From contig JWZX01003236.1 in NCBI GenBank assembly GCA_001275005.1, forward strand, positions 1-39,483: a DNA stretch of 39,483 nucleotides, written 5' to 3'. Under the pieces are notes generated by a model. It searched no databases and was not told the origin of the DNA. It saw only the letters and a program-made list of their open reading frames with translations. The position numbers were made by a program, and so were the translations under genes. This document shows, piece by piece, positions 27,651-38,482 of the stretch (the first letter of the stretch is position 1; every line of letters begins with the position of its first letter). The stretch is from Chrysochromulina tobinii (Eukaryota).

Positions 27651-29531
27651 ATGAGTCTAACCGACCTAGAGCTGAGCCCGCGGAAATCTCTGACCCCGGA
27701 GGATCTCAAAAATATGAACTGGTCCTCCCAGGTCACGGGTGCGCGCACGCAGCACCGGCGGCAGCCGAGCTACACGCGGGCGGTCACGGCAATCCTCTCT
27801 CCGCCAGGGGCCGTGGGCGCGCCCACGGCGGAGCCGCCATTCATGCGCCACATCACGTCGCGCACGTCTCTGCTCGAGCTCGATCTCGATATGATGGGGA
27901 GCAGAGATAACCTTAGCTTATTGCAGACCAGCGGCTCTGTGCTACTCAATGACGCCATCCTCATGGGCAACGAGGGCCACCTCGGCCATGCGTCCCACCT
28001 CGATAAAAAGAGTTCGAGCCGGCGAACAACCGAAGCATCCGACTCACGGGACCAATCGGCCGGTGAGCAATCGGAGTCCGAGCATGTCCACCAGCCGCGC
28101 GACGACCACCACCACGCGCCACGCCGCTTCACGCTTGCGCATCTGATGCACCTGGACTCGGTGTGCTGGTGGCTGTTCACCGCACGGAGGCGCGCACAGC
28201 TGATCGATGGGAACAACCCGTACGCATTCTGGTGGCTCTCATGCGGGCGGCTCGTGCTTGCCTCGGCCATGCTCTTCGGGCTCCTAGCCGGTTTGATCGC
28301 CGTACTGGTACCGTGCGCGGTGTTCACAGAAGCGGAGCGCAACTTTTGCTACAGCATCGTGTCTAAGGTCAACCGGCACACGAACTGCGGCGTCGATTGG
28401 TCACTGCCGCTCACGGAGGAGCAGGCGCAGCGCGCGATCTCGTGCGACCACGAGCAGTGCGACGAGCCGCGCCGAGGTGACCCGGTCGCGGTCTTCTGGG
28501 CGGGATACAATGATACCGCATGCTTCCGAATCCCGACTGTGATCACGTCTCACACGGGCACGCTGCTCGCGTTCGCCGAGGCGCGGCTCACCTCGTGCAG
28601 CGACGACACGGACCACAAGCTCGTGCTGCGCCGGAGCCTCGACGGCGGCACCACTTGGGGTGACCTCATCGTCGCCGTCGACGGCATCGTGCCGTGCGAG
28701 GGCTGCCCTGCCTCCGTGTCCAACGCCAATCCAGTCGCCGTGTGGCTGCAGGGAGGCCGCGCGGCGATCCTGCTCCACTTCAACACGCTGAACAATCCGA
28801 CGCAGCTCGTGCACGGCGTCGCGATGCAGATCTGGAGCTTCGACGACGGTCTCACGTGGGAGGGAGCCTCTGTCCTCACGTACCCACCCGTGCACAACAT
28901 CGGAGGCCTCATCGGCCCATCTGTCGGGTTGCAGGCGGATGACGGCACCATCTTCTTCTCGGCGCGCCAGCCCGAGCGAGGCACTTTCCTCTACTGGTCG
29001 AGTGATTTTGGTGCGTCGTGGCGCGCCTCAGAGCTGGTCCCCACAGACGAGTTCGGTCTTGATGAGTGCTCGATAGCGTGGCTGCGCAATTCGAGCGACG
29101 GCGAGATTCTGATGAATTGTCGCACGCGACTCAACGAGCGCGCGCTGATGACGTGGACAGCCGACGGGCTGCCCGGGCGCGTGACCTACCCCGGGTTGAC
29201 TGATGAAAACTGCCAGGGCTCGCTGCTCAACGCGGGCGGCGCCCATTTCCTCTCGCACATCAACAGCCGTTGGGAGCGCGCACACTTGCAGATCCACCGC
29301 TCGACAGACGGAGGGAAGAACTGGACAGAGGTGCGCAAGGTGCGCCGTGGCGCAGCGGCGTACTCGCAGCTCATCGAGCTTGGCGCCGCGCCCAGAGGTG
29401 GTGGCATACGCTTGGGCATCATCTTCGAGGGCGGCACTTGGTGTCCGTACGAGGTCATCGGCTTCTGGCAGTTCACGTTCAGGGAATCGGCGGCTCGGCG
29501 CACTGCGCTTTCGGTGGACTCACCAGCCTGA
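27651..29531 (+). CDS. Membrane-anchored sialidase (GH33/BNR-repeat)
   Basis: FRIP motif; four Asp boxes (SLDGGTTW, SFDDGLTW, SSDFGASW, STDGGKNW); DEC, NCR and AAYS motifs; TM segment before the propeller. Confidence 0.88.
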   Translation: MSLTDLELSPRKSLTPEDLKNMNWSSQVTGARTQHRRQPSYTRAVTAILSPPGAVGAPTAEPPFMRHITSRTSLLELDLDMMGSRDNLSLLQTSGSVLLNDAILMGNEGHLGHASHLDKKSSSRRTTEASDSRDQSAGEQSESEHVHQPRDDHHHAPRRFTLAHLMHLDSVCWWLFTARRRAQLIDGNNPYAFWWLSCGRLVLASAMLFGLLAGLIAVLVPCAVFTEAERNFCYSIVSKVNRHTNCGVDWSLPLTEEQAQRAISCDHEQCDEPRRGDPVAVFWAGYNDTACFRIPTVITSHTGTLLAFAEARLTSCSDDTDHKLVLRRSLDGGTTWGDLIVAVDGIVPCEGCPASVSNANPVAVWLQGGRAAILLHFNTLNNPTQLVHGVAMQIWSFDDGLTWEGASVLTYPPVHNIGGLIGPSVGLQADDGTIFFSARQPERGTFLYWSSDFGASWRASELVPTDEFGLDECSIAWLRNSSDGEILMNCRTRLNERALMTWTADGLPGRVTYPGLTDENCQGSLLNAGGAHFLSHINSRWERAHLQIHRSTDGGKNWTEVRKVRRGAAAYSQLIELGAAPRGGGIRLGIIFEGGTWCPYEVIGFWQFTFRESAARRTALSVDSPA

Positions 29532-30458
29532 GTCACAAGGCGTGCACACCACGTACTTCGGCTACCTCGGGCCATCGCATCTTGATTCTTGACTTGCGCC
29601 TTTGTGTAACTATGCCGCTCCGGCTGTTAATCACGGGCCCTGGCGTGTATGGGTCGGGTGTTTCTCGCCTGTCTGAGCGTCTGTGCGAAGCGTGTGTATG
29701 TCATGGTGCTGATTGGCCTGTTTGGCCTGAGTGTGCAGAGTGTGTTTAGCCAATAGTAAAAAGTTATCCGCGGACGCGACCGGTACGAACCGATGCGATG
29801 CGGCGGCGCGGCGTTCGCGACGACGGGTCGGCTGGGTCGTGTGGCGGTGTGGCGTGTGCGGTCGAGGTCCGGTCCGACGGGTCGAGGGTAACCGCTGCGC
29901 GCGCTACGCTGACGCCGCTCGCCGCAGCGCACGCCGCAGCACCGCCCAGCCCGCCGCATTGCCGCACATGTACCCCCGGCCCCTCGGGCTGGCCGGCGCG
30001 CCGCTAGCCGGCTACGCGGCGGGCCGAAATGGGACGTTTTTTCGCAACGGAAGTGCTGACGGCTGTCGGAAACCCCGCGGCGTCCCGGCCCGGGACGCGG
30101 ACTCAACCGACTCATTCACTTATCACTATACCGTACACGATGTGCTCTTCGTATGAGCTACGATCTAAACAGTTTGGAGCGATTCCCTTGTATGCGGTAG
30201 TCGCTAGTTCCGGCTGCGCACACGCACTACTGTAACCGTATGTAATGCGCTAACGCCTTCCCAGGGCCTTCCCCGGCGCGGAGTCGGGAGTGTTGAGACC
30301 ACAGGAGCGAACGGCCCGGGGCGGCCCTACTGTTTCGCTACGTGTTGACCTCCATCTCTTTCTCTCGGTCTGACCGTCTCAAAACGTGCAGGCGCGGTAG
30401 AAGGACATCTGCATCTGCTGAAGGTCGCTCTGGCTCCCCTGGCGGCACAGGCGGCTGT

Positions 30459-31553
30459 TTAGCAGGCAAACAGCACCGCCCGCCTGAGCACCTGGACTGC
30501 TGAGAGGTCCTCGCGCAGCCTGCGCAGCGCTTCGCAGCGCTGCGCCTGATGGCGCTGCTTCTCCTCAGTCAGCCACGCCGCCACGTCAGCAGCAGATGCC
30601 GCCAAAAACTCGTCCACACTGACCACGAGGGTGGCATGGCTCCAATGGCGCGATCGTGGCACGAGGAGCCCTTCCGACGTGGTGATCACGACCGGCGTGC
30701 AAAGCGCGGCGATGGCATCAAAGAGGCGGGAGGACTCGGGAGAGTCACCCTCAGGCACGAAGCAGAAATCAGCACTGTGCATCAGCGCCGCCATTGCTGG
30801 CTTCGCCGGCACGCGCTCGTGGCGCGAACCGTAGAAGAAGCCATTGACGCAGGTGCCATTCACCCCACAGTTTGACCCGTCCGCGCGCCGCTCCGTTCGT
30901 CTGACCTCAAACAGGCTCGGCGTGGCGAGCGAGAAGTTTGCAATCCTCTGGCGCACGGCTGTCGACTGCGCTCGGCCCGTCGTCGTGCTACCGGCAAACA
31001 CGGCAAGGGTGGTGCCGCCGCTGCACGACGACGAGTGACTCGAAAGCGATGGCGGCGAATGATAAGGTGCGATTATGTGGCGATACGAGGTGCTTAGTGG
31101 CGGCGGGCGCCTCGCCGTCGAGAGCGTTATGACGCTCCGCGAGTGGTTGAGAAGCAAATCGAAGAGCGTCGTCCTGTAAGCAGTGCGCTGCATGACGCAG
31201 GTGCATGTCAACAGGTGGGAACCCGCCGAAAAGTTGACCTGGGTTCGGAGCATGGTCACCATCTGTTCTATGCGTTGATCGTGGCTGGTGCCTGAGCACG
31301 CACCCGCCTGAAGGCTCACTATGGGGACCATCGGCAGCACGAAGACAGATGCTTCGCTCGGCCGCTCGGCGCGCAAGCTGAAGAGCGGCCCTTCAGTGGA
31401 CGTGAGCGCTTCCAATACATCGAGCTCAAAGAGAAATTGCGTCCGGGACAGCTCTTGAACAACTGATGACTGGTTCAGGAAGCATCGCCTGATCTCCTGT
31501 GCTTGCTGCAGCAGTGCAGGATAGACGTAGAAACGGGGCGGCACGTCGGCCAT
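30459..31553 (-). CDS. Exostosin-family glycosyltransferase (GT47)
   Basis: FYVYP, FAGS and FCFVPEGDSPESSRLFDAIAALCTPVVI. No N-terminal anchor is visible. Confidence 0.82.
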   Translation of the reverse strand: MADVPPRFYVYPALLQQAQEIRRCFLNQSSVVQELSRTQFLFELDVLEALTSTEGPLFSLRAERPSEASVFVLPMVPIVSLQAGACSGTSHDQRIEQMVTMLRTQVNFSAGSHLLTCTCVMQRTAYRTTLFDLLLNHSRSVITLSTARRPPPLSTSYRHIIAPYHSPPSLSSHSSSCSGGTTLAVFAGSTTTGRAQSTAVRQRIANFSLATPSLFEVRRTERRADGSNCGVNGTCVNGFFYGSRHERVPAKPAMAALMHSADFCFVPEGDSPESSRLFDAIAALCTPVVITTSEGLLVPRSRHWSHATLVVSVDEFLAASAADVAAWLTEEKQRHQAQRCEALRRLREDLSAVQVLRRAVLFAC

Positions 31554-31625
31554 CGCCCCATTTTAGGCTTCTTCATTCACAACACACCAACACGCACAGA
31601 GGCTTCTTCACACGATGCATTATGA

Positions 31626-31652
31626 ATATTCATATTCATATTCATATTCATA
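31626..31652 (-). repeat. (ATATTC)4.5 microsatellite, reading (TGAATA)n on the minus strand
   Basis: Read directly. Confidence 0.93.
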
Positions 31653-32040
31653 CCGGGTACACACGAATTATCCACACCAACACCAACACGTACTGTACAA
31701 CGACTTCAAAAACACCCACCACGCACACTTCACGTTCACGCTACAAATGTATTTTGCCATCTCGGCAAGAGACACCCACACAGATTTGACCGGTCCGCGG
31801 TCCCGTGGAGAAACACCGTGGGTGGCGCAGGCACCACACGTACGATTGTCTTGATATCGCCGCGGGACGCACCGTTTCACGAAGCCGCGCCTAATTGCCG
31901 CGACCAAGACCCGTGTCGTCGCGTACCGGTAGGTTGCATGCAAAACGGAGCGTGTTGCAAGTTTCGTTTTTCTCAACTCCTTCGGTACCGTAGTCTCCCC
32001 TCATGCCCTGGGTCACAGAGACCACACAGAGCTCGTCAGG

Positions 32041-33456
32041 ATGGCGTCAGTTATTCAACCCATTCCGCAGCTGGTCAGCACACGAGCTATAGCGGATGAA
32101 GCGTGCGCGCACGCAATCCTGCAGCGCGGGGCGCAGCATGGACTCATCCCGCTCGCGCCACTCGCCGATCCAGCCGCATCACACTGGATGCGGGGCACCG
32201 GCATAAACCATATTTACTTGCTTCACTATCGCGGCAATGTAGTGCGCCGTCGCTACCAAGAGCTGCAACTGCCGAACCTCGGTATCAACACAAGCATCGT
32301 GGTCGCTTTCGATCAGCACGAGCTGGATGACACTGTGCGCTCGTGCCATGCGCTTTGCGATCCAGCCGCCGCTGGCGTGTCCGCTGCCATGTATACGACA
32401 GACAATCGGACGCGTGCCATGTACGAGCGCGACAGGCAGAGTACCAGCATCTGCCACTCCATCTGGGCCACGCGCTTCTCCGCGTCGCTCAAATTGTACG
32501 TGGCGTTGTACGACATGGTGTGGCGTGGCTTCCCCGCCGCGCTCATCTTAGAGGATGACGTCCAGATCAAGTGGACAGAGCTCGAGAATCTTGGCACAGC
32601 GGTGCGCAACACGACGAGTGCGGCCGTCAAGCCGCGCGATCGCCTTGCTGTGCTCTTCGCGAGCTCGTACAGCTCGAGTGGTAATGATAATCTCTGCTGC
32701 GATTGGCGAAGCGGTAAACACCATGTCAACCTGCGCCCCAATAAGCACCGCGGCACCGGCCTGATGCCAGCGGTGGGCGTGGTCGTCACCACACGTGGCG
32801 CACGCCATCTGTTGAGGAGCCTGCCCATCACCGACAATAACGACGTGATCCTGTCCGATAGCCGTGGACGTGCCGGATCACAGCATGGCCTTTGGTACAG
32901 CAAACCTTATGTGTTCGTGCCGGCCGAAGAACTGCAGTTTGAGTGCCTGTCGGCTCTGGAGCTGCGCGCTGCAAATCCTTTGGGGCATAAGTGCCCGGCG
33001 TCACCCCAATCTCGCGATCTGTGGAAGCTCACGCCCGTACCACGCCCGGGCTTTGCCGTTCCGGGTATGGACGCGCTGTCGTCGAGTGCGCGTCCGGCCG
33101 AGAATCAGTCGGAGACGTCTCGACACTCGACTCGCTTTCATGGCGCTCACGGCAAAAACGGCAGCGCCCCACGGCAAAAAGGCCTCACTCGAGCTGCGTT
33201 CGAACGCGCAATGGCTGAGCAGCGTTCCCGCGCAGCGTCACTTCGTAGTGCTGCTCGTCCTCCTCCGCCGCCGTCGAAGTGCTGCGAGCTGCGGCTCGAA
33301 GCCTGCAGCGGGGTCGTGCCACAAAAGCTGCAATGGTTTGATGTCGGCCAGACGCGGAGCGAACTTGAGTGCGAAGCGCGGCGGAGGGCATGGGAGACCT
33401 CTCATCATTGTACAGCCCACTATCGCGTCAACATTTCCTCAACCAAGTGCGTTTAA
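32041..33456 (+). CDS. Glycosyltransferase family 25-like protein
   Basis: IYLLHY...RRRY, ALILEDDV and VVTTRGARHLL resemble GT25 motifs; Cys-containing C-terminal tail. Confidence 0.65.
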   Translation: MASVIQPIPQLVSTRAIADEACAHAILQRGAQHGLIPLAPLADPAASHWMRGTGINHIYLLHYRGNVVRRRYQELQLPNLGINTSIVVAFDQHELDDTVRSCHALCDPAAAGVSAAMYTTDNRTRAMYERDRQSTSICHSIWATRFSASLKLYVALYDMVWRGFPAALILEDDVQIKWTELENLGTAVRNTTSAAVKPRDRLAVLFASSYSSSGNDNLCCDWRSGKHHVNLRPNKHRGTGLMPAVGVVVTTRGARHLLRSLPITDNNDVILSDSRGRAGSQHGLWYSKPYVFVPAEELQFECLSALELRAANPLGHKCPASPQSRDLWKLTPVPRPGFAVPGMDALSSSARPAENQSETSRHSTRFHGAHGKNGSAPRQKGLTRAAFERAMAEQRSRAASLRSAARPPPPPSKCCELRLEACSGVVPQKLQWFDVGQTRSELECEARRRAWETSHHCTAHYRVNISSTKCV

Positions 33457-33794
33457 GCAGGCATGGTCGCACTATACTTCTAGCCCAGTGCCCAGACTCG
33501 TTAGGACTTTTCGCATTCGTTGTATTAAACAGCGCACTGAGTTCAAAATCAGGTGGTGGGGATAGTGTGTGAATCCAGAAAGAATACCCTCCCCTACCCC
33601 TTTGGATCAAGAGCGCAAAGATAGAGCAGTGTACAAGATCAGAACGCGAGAAAGGTAGCGACAGGGTCAGGGAAGTGTGAAACGGGGGGGGTCATTTCAC
33701 GCGTCGCGACATCGCGCGGGCGGACCGCGCCGCCGCGCCGCCGAAGCCCGCGTCGACCTCTATCTTGCCGAGGATCGAGTGGTGAATCTCAATA

Positions 33795-35045
33795 ATGCGG
33801 TCGGTATCCGTCTACGTGGGAGCAGCGGCCACCGTGGCGGCTGTGACTGTTGTGCTCCTCAGGCGAAGACGTGCTGCGGCAGCCGCGGACGGCAAGGGTA
33901 TGCACAAAGTGTTCGTGTACGGCTCGCTTCTTGGCGGTCTGCACAATAACCACCATCTGGGCACATCGAGGCTCCTGCAACCAGGTGTACAAACCCAGGA
34001 CTCGTACGTGCTACTGAAGGCAGCAGAAGATGAGGGCTACCCATTTGCAATCAAATCGAGCGACCTTCGAGGGATGGCATCCTCGCTGCTCGGCGAGGTG
34101 TATGAGGTAACGGACAGGGTGCTGGCTTCACTAGACGTGCTCGAGGGGCACCCAGATGTTTATCGGCGCGAGGAGATCCAATATATCGACGCGAAGAAAG
34201 AGGTTTCGACCGCGTGGATGTACCTCCTCTACGACCGAACAGAGATTGGTAAAATCCGGGATGCAATCCAATCGGGCCGACATGAGCAATATCCGCTGGT
34301 GCAGCCCTTAGGTGACTGGCGCACGTTTCACCACGTCGCGCGAGGTGACGTGGGCGTGGCGCTCGCGGCGGCAGCGAGGCGCGCTGCAGCGTGGCCGAGC
34401 ACGAGACGCACGGCAAAGACGGCGTGCGGAGGCAGCGCGGGTCCGCATGCTCTCTTCTCGTACGGCAGCAACGGCATCGCGCAGCTGCGCGAGCGATGCA
34501 AGAACCCCAACCTCACGGGCACCCCAGCGATGCTCGAGGACTCTGTGCGCGTCTTTGCCGGGTGCCCAGCGTCCTGGGGCGGCGGCGTGGCCTCGATCAT
34601 CCCGTGCCCCGGGATGCGGGTGCTGGGCAATGTAGTTTGGCTGAGCAAGAAGGAATTGAAACTTCTTGATCGTTTTGAGCGCGGCGGCCGCGTCCAGGTT
34701 GACCTGGTGGCGGCAGGGGTGAAGTTCTTGGCTGACGATCCGTACACGCCAGATGGGACATATCGAAGGCAGGACCTGGTAGTACGCTGCTTGCCAACGA
34801 GCGACGAGGCCGGCGCCGACGCCCCTACATCGGCCTCGAACGCGGCGTCTTGGCCTCAGCTCCAGGCTGTCGCGTACGTCAAAGTCAATCTGGACTGGCA
34901 GGGCCCTCCGACGCCGACGTACATGGCGGCCTGCCGCGCCAATGTCGATGCCTTCTGGCCGGACCAGGCACAGCTCCCTTTCGAGATCCGCGACGGTAGC
35001 GGCAGGCTGATTGCCGTGTTCCCCCCCGTGATGGCAGAGGTGTGA
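33795..35045 (+). CDS. Protein with two gamma-glutamylcyclotransferase (AIG2/GGCT-like) domains and an N-terminal membrane anchor
   Basis: Domain 1: VFVYGSLL...GEVYEV...LDVLEGHPDVYRR...AWMY. Domain 2: LFSYGSN...GVASI...LDRFE...YRR...AVAYV. Confidence 0.82.
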   Translation: MRSVSVYVGAAATVAAVTVVLLRRRRAAAAADGKGMHKVFVYGSLLGGLHNNHHLGTSRLLQPGVQTQDSYVLLKAAEDEGYPFAIKSSDLRGMASSLLGEVYEVTDRVLASLDVLEGHPDVYRREEIQYIDAKKEVSTAWMYLLYDRTEIGKIRDAIQSGRHEQYPLVQPLGDWRTFHHVARGDVGVALAAAARRAAAWPSTRRTAKTACGGSAGPHALFSYGSNGIAQLRERCKNPNLTGTPAMLEDSVRVFAGCPASWGGGVASIIPCPGMRVLGNVVWLSKKELKLLDRFERGGRVQVDLVAAGVKFLADDPYTPDGTYRRQDLVVRCLPTSDEAGADAPTSASNAASWPQLQAVAYVKVNLDWQGPPTPTYMAACRANVDAFWPDQAQLPFEIRDGSGRLIAVFPPVMAEV

Positions 35046-35384
35046 GTGATGTGATCACCGTTCCCCTCTGCATGTCGGATGCGCTGCAGCTGTGCACGAC
35101 GCCTGTACAGTATCGGATATTTTCCCTTTGTTTATCGTCACTTCGTACTTACTCTTGCATGCTGCCGGGCGGGGGGCAGATGGTGCAGGGCGCGCCGGGG
35201 CGGATGTGCGGCCGGAGCGTCGCCGACTCGCCGTCGGTCGACGCTTTCGCTTGGACCGTGACAGATACCGTACGTTGTCCGCGATCCAGAACGGAATAAT
35301 GACCGTCAGAACGAAAGCGGGATGCGATTGTGCAGCACACGTTCTGTCTCTGGTCTCGTCCACACAAGACATTTCAGAGGTCAG

Positions 35385-38300
35385 TCAGTCTTCACATGGC
35401 CACGCCCCGTCCGAGCCTCGACCCCCGGCAGGCGGCGTCCCCCCTCCCGGCGCTACAGGCGGCGGCGCCACGCGAGCAGTGAAGCAAACGGGCTCGGCCA
35501 GCGTATCCTCGCTCAGGTGCGCCCCCGAGCGCCAATCTTGCAGCCGAAGAAGCTCGAGCTCGGGATGCGCCTCGAGGAACTGGCTCTGGGCGAGCGCGTG
35601 CGGGGGGCGCCGCGCGTTCGCCGCACGCGCGCGCACGAGCCGGACGCGAGCTTCGTCTATCAGCTGCTTCTCATAGTCGGCGAGGATGGCCGCGCGGTCG
35701 TTGGCGTCGGCCTGGCGGTAGGCGCGCTCGGCCATGCGCTCGGCACGGCGCCCGTCGTCGACCCAGCGGCCGACGAGAATCATGTGCGGCCCACACACCA
35801 GCAGCCCAGCGGCGCGCAGCCCGTAGTGGACGAGGGCTGGCCACGGCATGAAGACGCTGGCAAGTGTGAAGAGGCTGAGCCCGAGATAGAGCCAGGTCGT
35901 CAGCCGGCAGTCCTGCCACGTCACGAGCTTGACGAACCCTCGGAGAGGGTGGAGGACGTGGAGGAGCCGCACCTGCACCTTCCCCAGCAGCGGCGCGAGC
36001 GGGTTGACAAGGGAGCTTACATGGACGGAACGCTCCCTGTCGCGCGCGTGCTGCGCCTTGTCGAGGCGTTCCTCGACGGTTTCGTCTGCAAAGACATGCC
36101 TCTCGACCCGCTTCCGGATGGCGAGCTTCTGCGCCTCGAGGAGTGTTGCCTCGCGCTCGATCGTCCCCTCATCATCAAGGATTGGAATCGGTGGATTCAG
36201 CCACCGTTGCCAGCATCGGACGCCCAGCTCGTAGTCGCACGAGATGGCCGGGGCTGCCACCAGCACATTGCGCTGGCCGCTCAACTTTGCCTTCGCCGTA
36301 GCGATCGCCTCCGTAGCTGCCGCCGCAGTCTTCGTTGCTGCCGTCTTTGCGGCCGCCGTAGCCGCCACCACCGTAGCCGTCGCCGACTCCGAAGCCGCCA
36401 CCACCGTAGCCGCCGCCGACTCCGTAGCCGCCGCCGCCGTAGTAGCTGCTGCCGTCGCCGCCGCCGTGAAGAAAGACGCTTGTCCACCCGAAAGGCCTCC
36501 CATGCCCGGCGCCACGGTCTCAAGGCTCGAAGGTGCAATGTGTGCATCCGCCTCCGCCTCGGCCGCCGCCGCCGCCTCTGCTGTACCTCCGACCCGATCG
36601 GCCGCCTCCGATCGCCGCGAAAGTGCCCCGAGCCACCTCGTCGCCTCCGCCTCGGCCGCCACCCGCAGCGCCGCCTCCTCGGCCTCGGCCGACTCGGCGG
36701 CCGCTATCTCAGTCAGTGAAATCTCAGCCAGCTCCGGTCTCACAAAGGAGGCAAGCATCCGCCAGAAGCTAGGCTTGCAGATTGGCTGGCGGCGCGCGGC
36801 GGCGGCCCTGTACGTCGCATTCAGCCCTTGGAGGCCGAGGCAGCACAGCGCGGCGGGTAGGTAGCGAGGGTATGTGAGCACCAACTGCCATCCTACGAAG
36901 AGCCCCAAGGAGCTCCACCGCACCCCGGGGCGCCACAGCAAGACATGCTCGACCGCCGCGATCGCCGTGACCACACGCCCCCAGTGGCGGCGCAGCTCAT
37001 TGAGGCGGGTCGTGAGGATTTGGTAGTCGTACCCCTTTGTCGCGCGACACACGTCGCCTGTCGCGAAGAGGCTGAGGTACCGGTAGTACTCCTTGGTGAA
37101 CGGGAGCAGGTGTGGCGGCGGTGCGGACGCGTACGAGAGCATGCGCGTTCGGCTCGAGGTGACGCGCAGGGTGTAGCGCAGACGAACGAAGCCGTGCTGA
37201 CCGGGCTGGTCCGTGTGCCGATTGAACGCGAGCGCGAACCAAGCGTCGTACTGCACACCCGACACGAGCGCACTCAGAGGCAGCGTCACCCGACCAACAG
37301 AATCGCGGCCAACCTCGTCGCGAAAGGCGGAGCCCACCTCGGCGCCTACGTCCCGTGCCTTGGCGGTCGTGGTTTTGATCAGGCTGGCGCCGCCGTCCAC
37401 GGCGGCCTTCACGTTGGCGCCGCCGACGCCGCCGACCGCGGAAACCGTGCGCCCGAGCAGGTCACCGCCGACGCCGCTCACTGCGGAGGCCGTGTGATCG
37501 AGCAAGTTGGCTTCCTGGTCGGCATCCGAATCGTTGTTGATGGAGAGGTACAAACACGCGCCTGCGGAGGTGCGAACGCGCGTGCGGAGCGCGCGTCAGA
37601 GGGCGCGCGGCACGCATGAGGCGGAGCAGCCAGCAGAGGAAGATCAAGGAAGATCAAGGAAGATCAAGATCAGACCAAGAGGTGGAACACAAGGAGCACA
37701 GGAGCACAGGAGCAGGTAGGTGCATCGGGGTTCGATCTGTCGTCCATCGCACATGCATGCAACACAGGCAGCCGAAAGGCACGGTAGCTCGACGCGGCCG
37801 TCCATCGCGGCGAGACTGAGCAGTGAATCGTCGACGAGCGTGCCGCCACGCCCTCGAGCACGAGCAACGCGTACGCATCCGTACCTCCGGAGAAGAGCTT
37901 GCTCGGAAGGTCCTTGGCTTCGAGTACCTCGAGCTCGAGCATGCCGAGCGCCTCGATGGACGCGAGGGCCGTGTAGTCGTGCGGCATCAGCGGCGGCGGC
38001 GGCGGCGTGGCTTTCGATTCGCCGGCGTGTTGCACTGGATCGCACGTCCATCCCTCTGCTACCATGAACCAGCGCTCAACCGGCGTCGGTGCATTCACCT
38101 CATCGTCACTGACGGGTACGGCTTTGTCCCGATCCGTGACGACCTTCGCCGCCGCCGCGGCTGTCGAGACGGTTGCCTCTGCGACAGCTGCGACCGACTT
38201 GGTTAATGAGCCCTTTGTGGCGACCGCCCCTTTGGCGAACATGTCAGCCGTGTTTGCAGCCGATTTGGTGACATTGTTGGAAAAATTGCCCAGGGCGGAG

Positions 38301-38482
38301 AACATGTCGTCCTTCGAGGCGACTGCCCCTTTGGTGAGCGTGTCAGCCGTGGCGGCAGCTGATTTGGTGACATTGTTAGAGAAATTGCCCAGGGCGGAGA
38401 ACATTTCGGCCACGACGTTGGGCGAGCTGGGCGTCTTCTCAGCGACCGCTGGATTCGCGGGCGCGGCTGGGGAGTCGGCCAT
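35385..38482 (-). CDS. C2-domain multi-pass membrane protein (MCTP-like); intron 37562-37752
   Basis: LELEVLEAKDLP...TDAYALLV...SPRW splices in frame to CLYLSINN...VGRVTLPL...YDAWFAL...GFVRLRYTL. Hydrophobic segments follow LLWRP and VTWQD. Confidence 0.75.
36355..36445. repeat. About 33-bp coding tandem repeat (Ala/Thr/Val-rich) within the C2 protein
   Basis: Units of gccgccaccaccgtagccg(t/c)cgccgactccg(a/t)a. Confidence 0.75.
38211..38405 (-). repeat. 99-bp in-frame tandem duplication encoding MFSALGNFSNNVTKSAA.TAD...KGAVA twice
   Basis: Near-identical copies offset by 99 nt (38302 vs 38401). Confidence 0.9.

Noticed and set aside
29600..30450. Structured ncRNA or tRNA in the GC-rich intergenic region (also 20600-21340)
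   Set aside because: No cloverleaf, box motifs or recognisable family; pairing potential is expected from GC content alone. An Infernal/Rfam scan would be needed.
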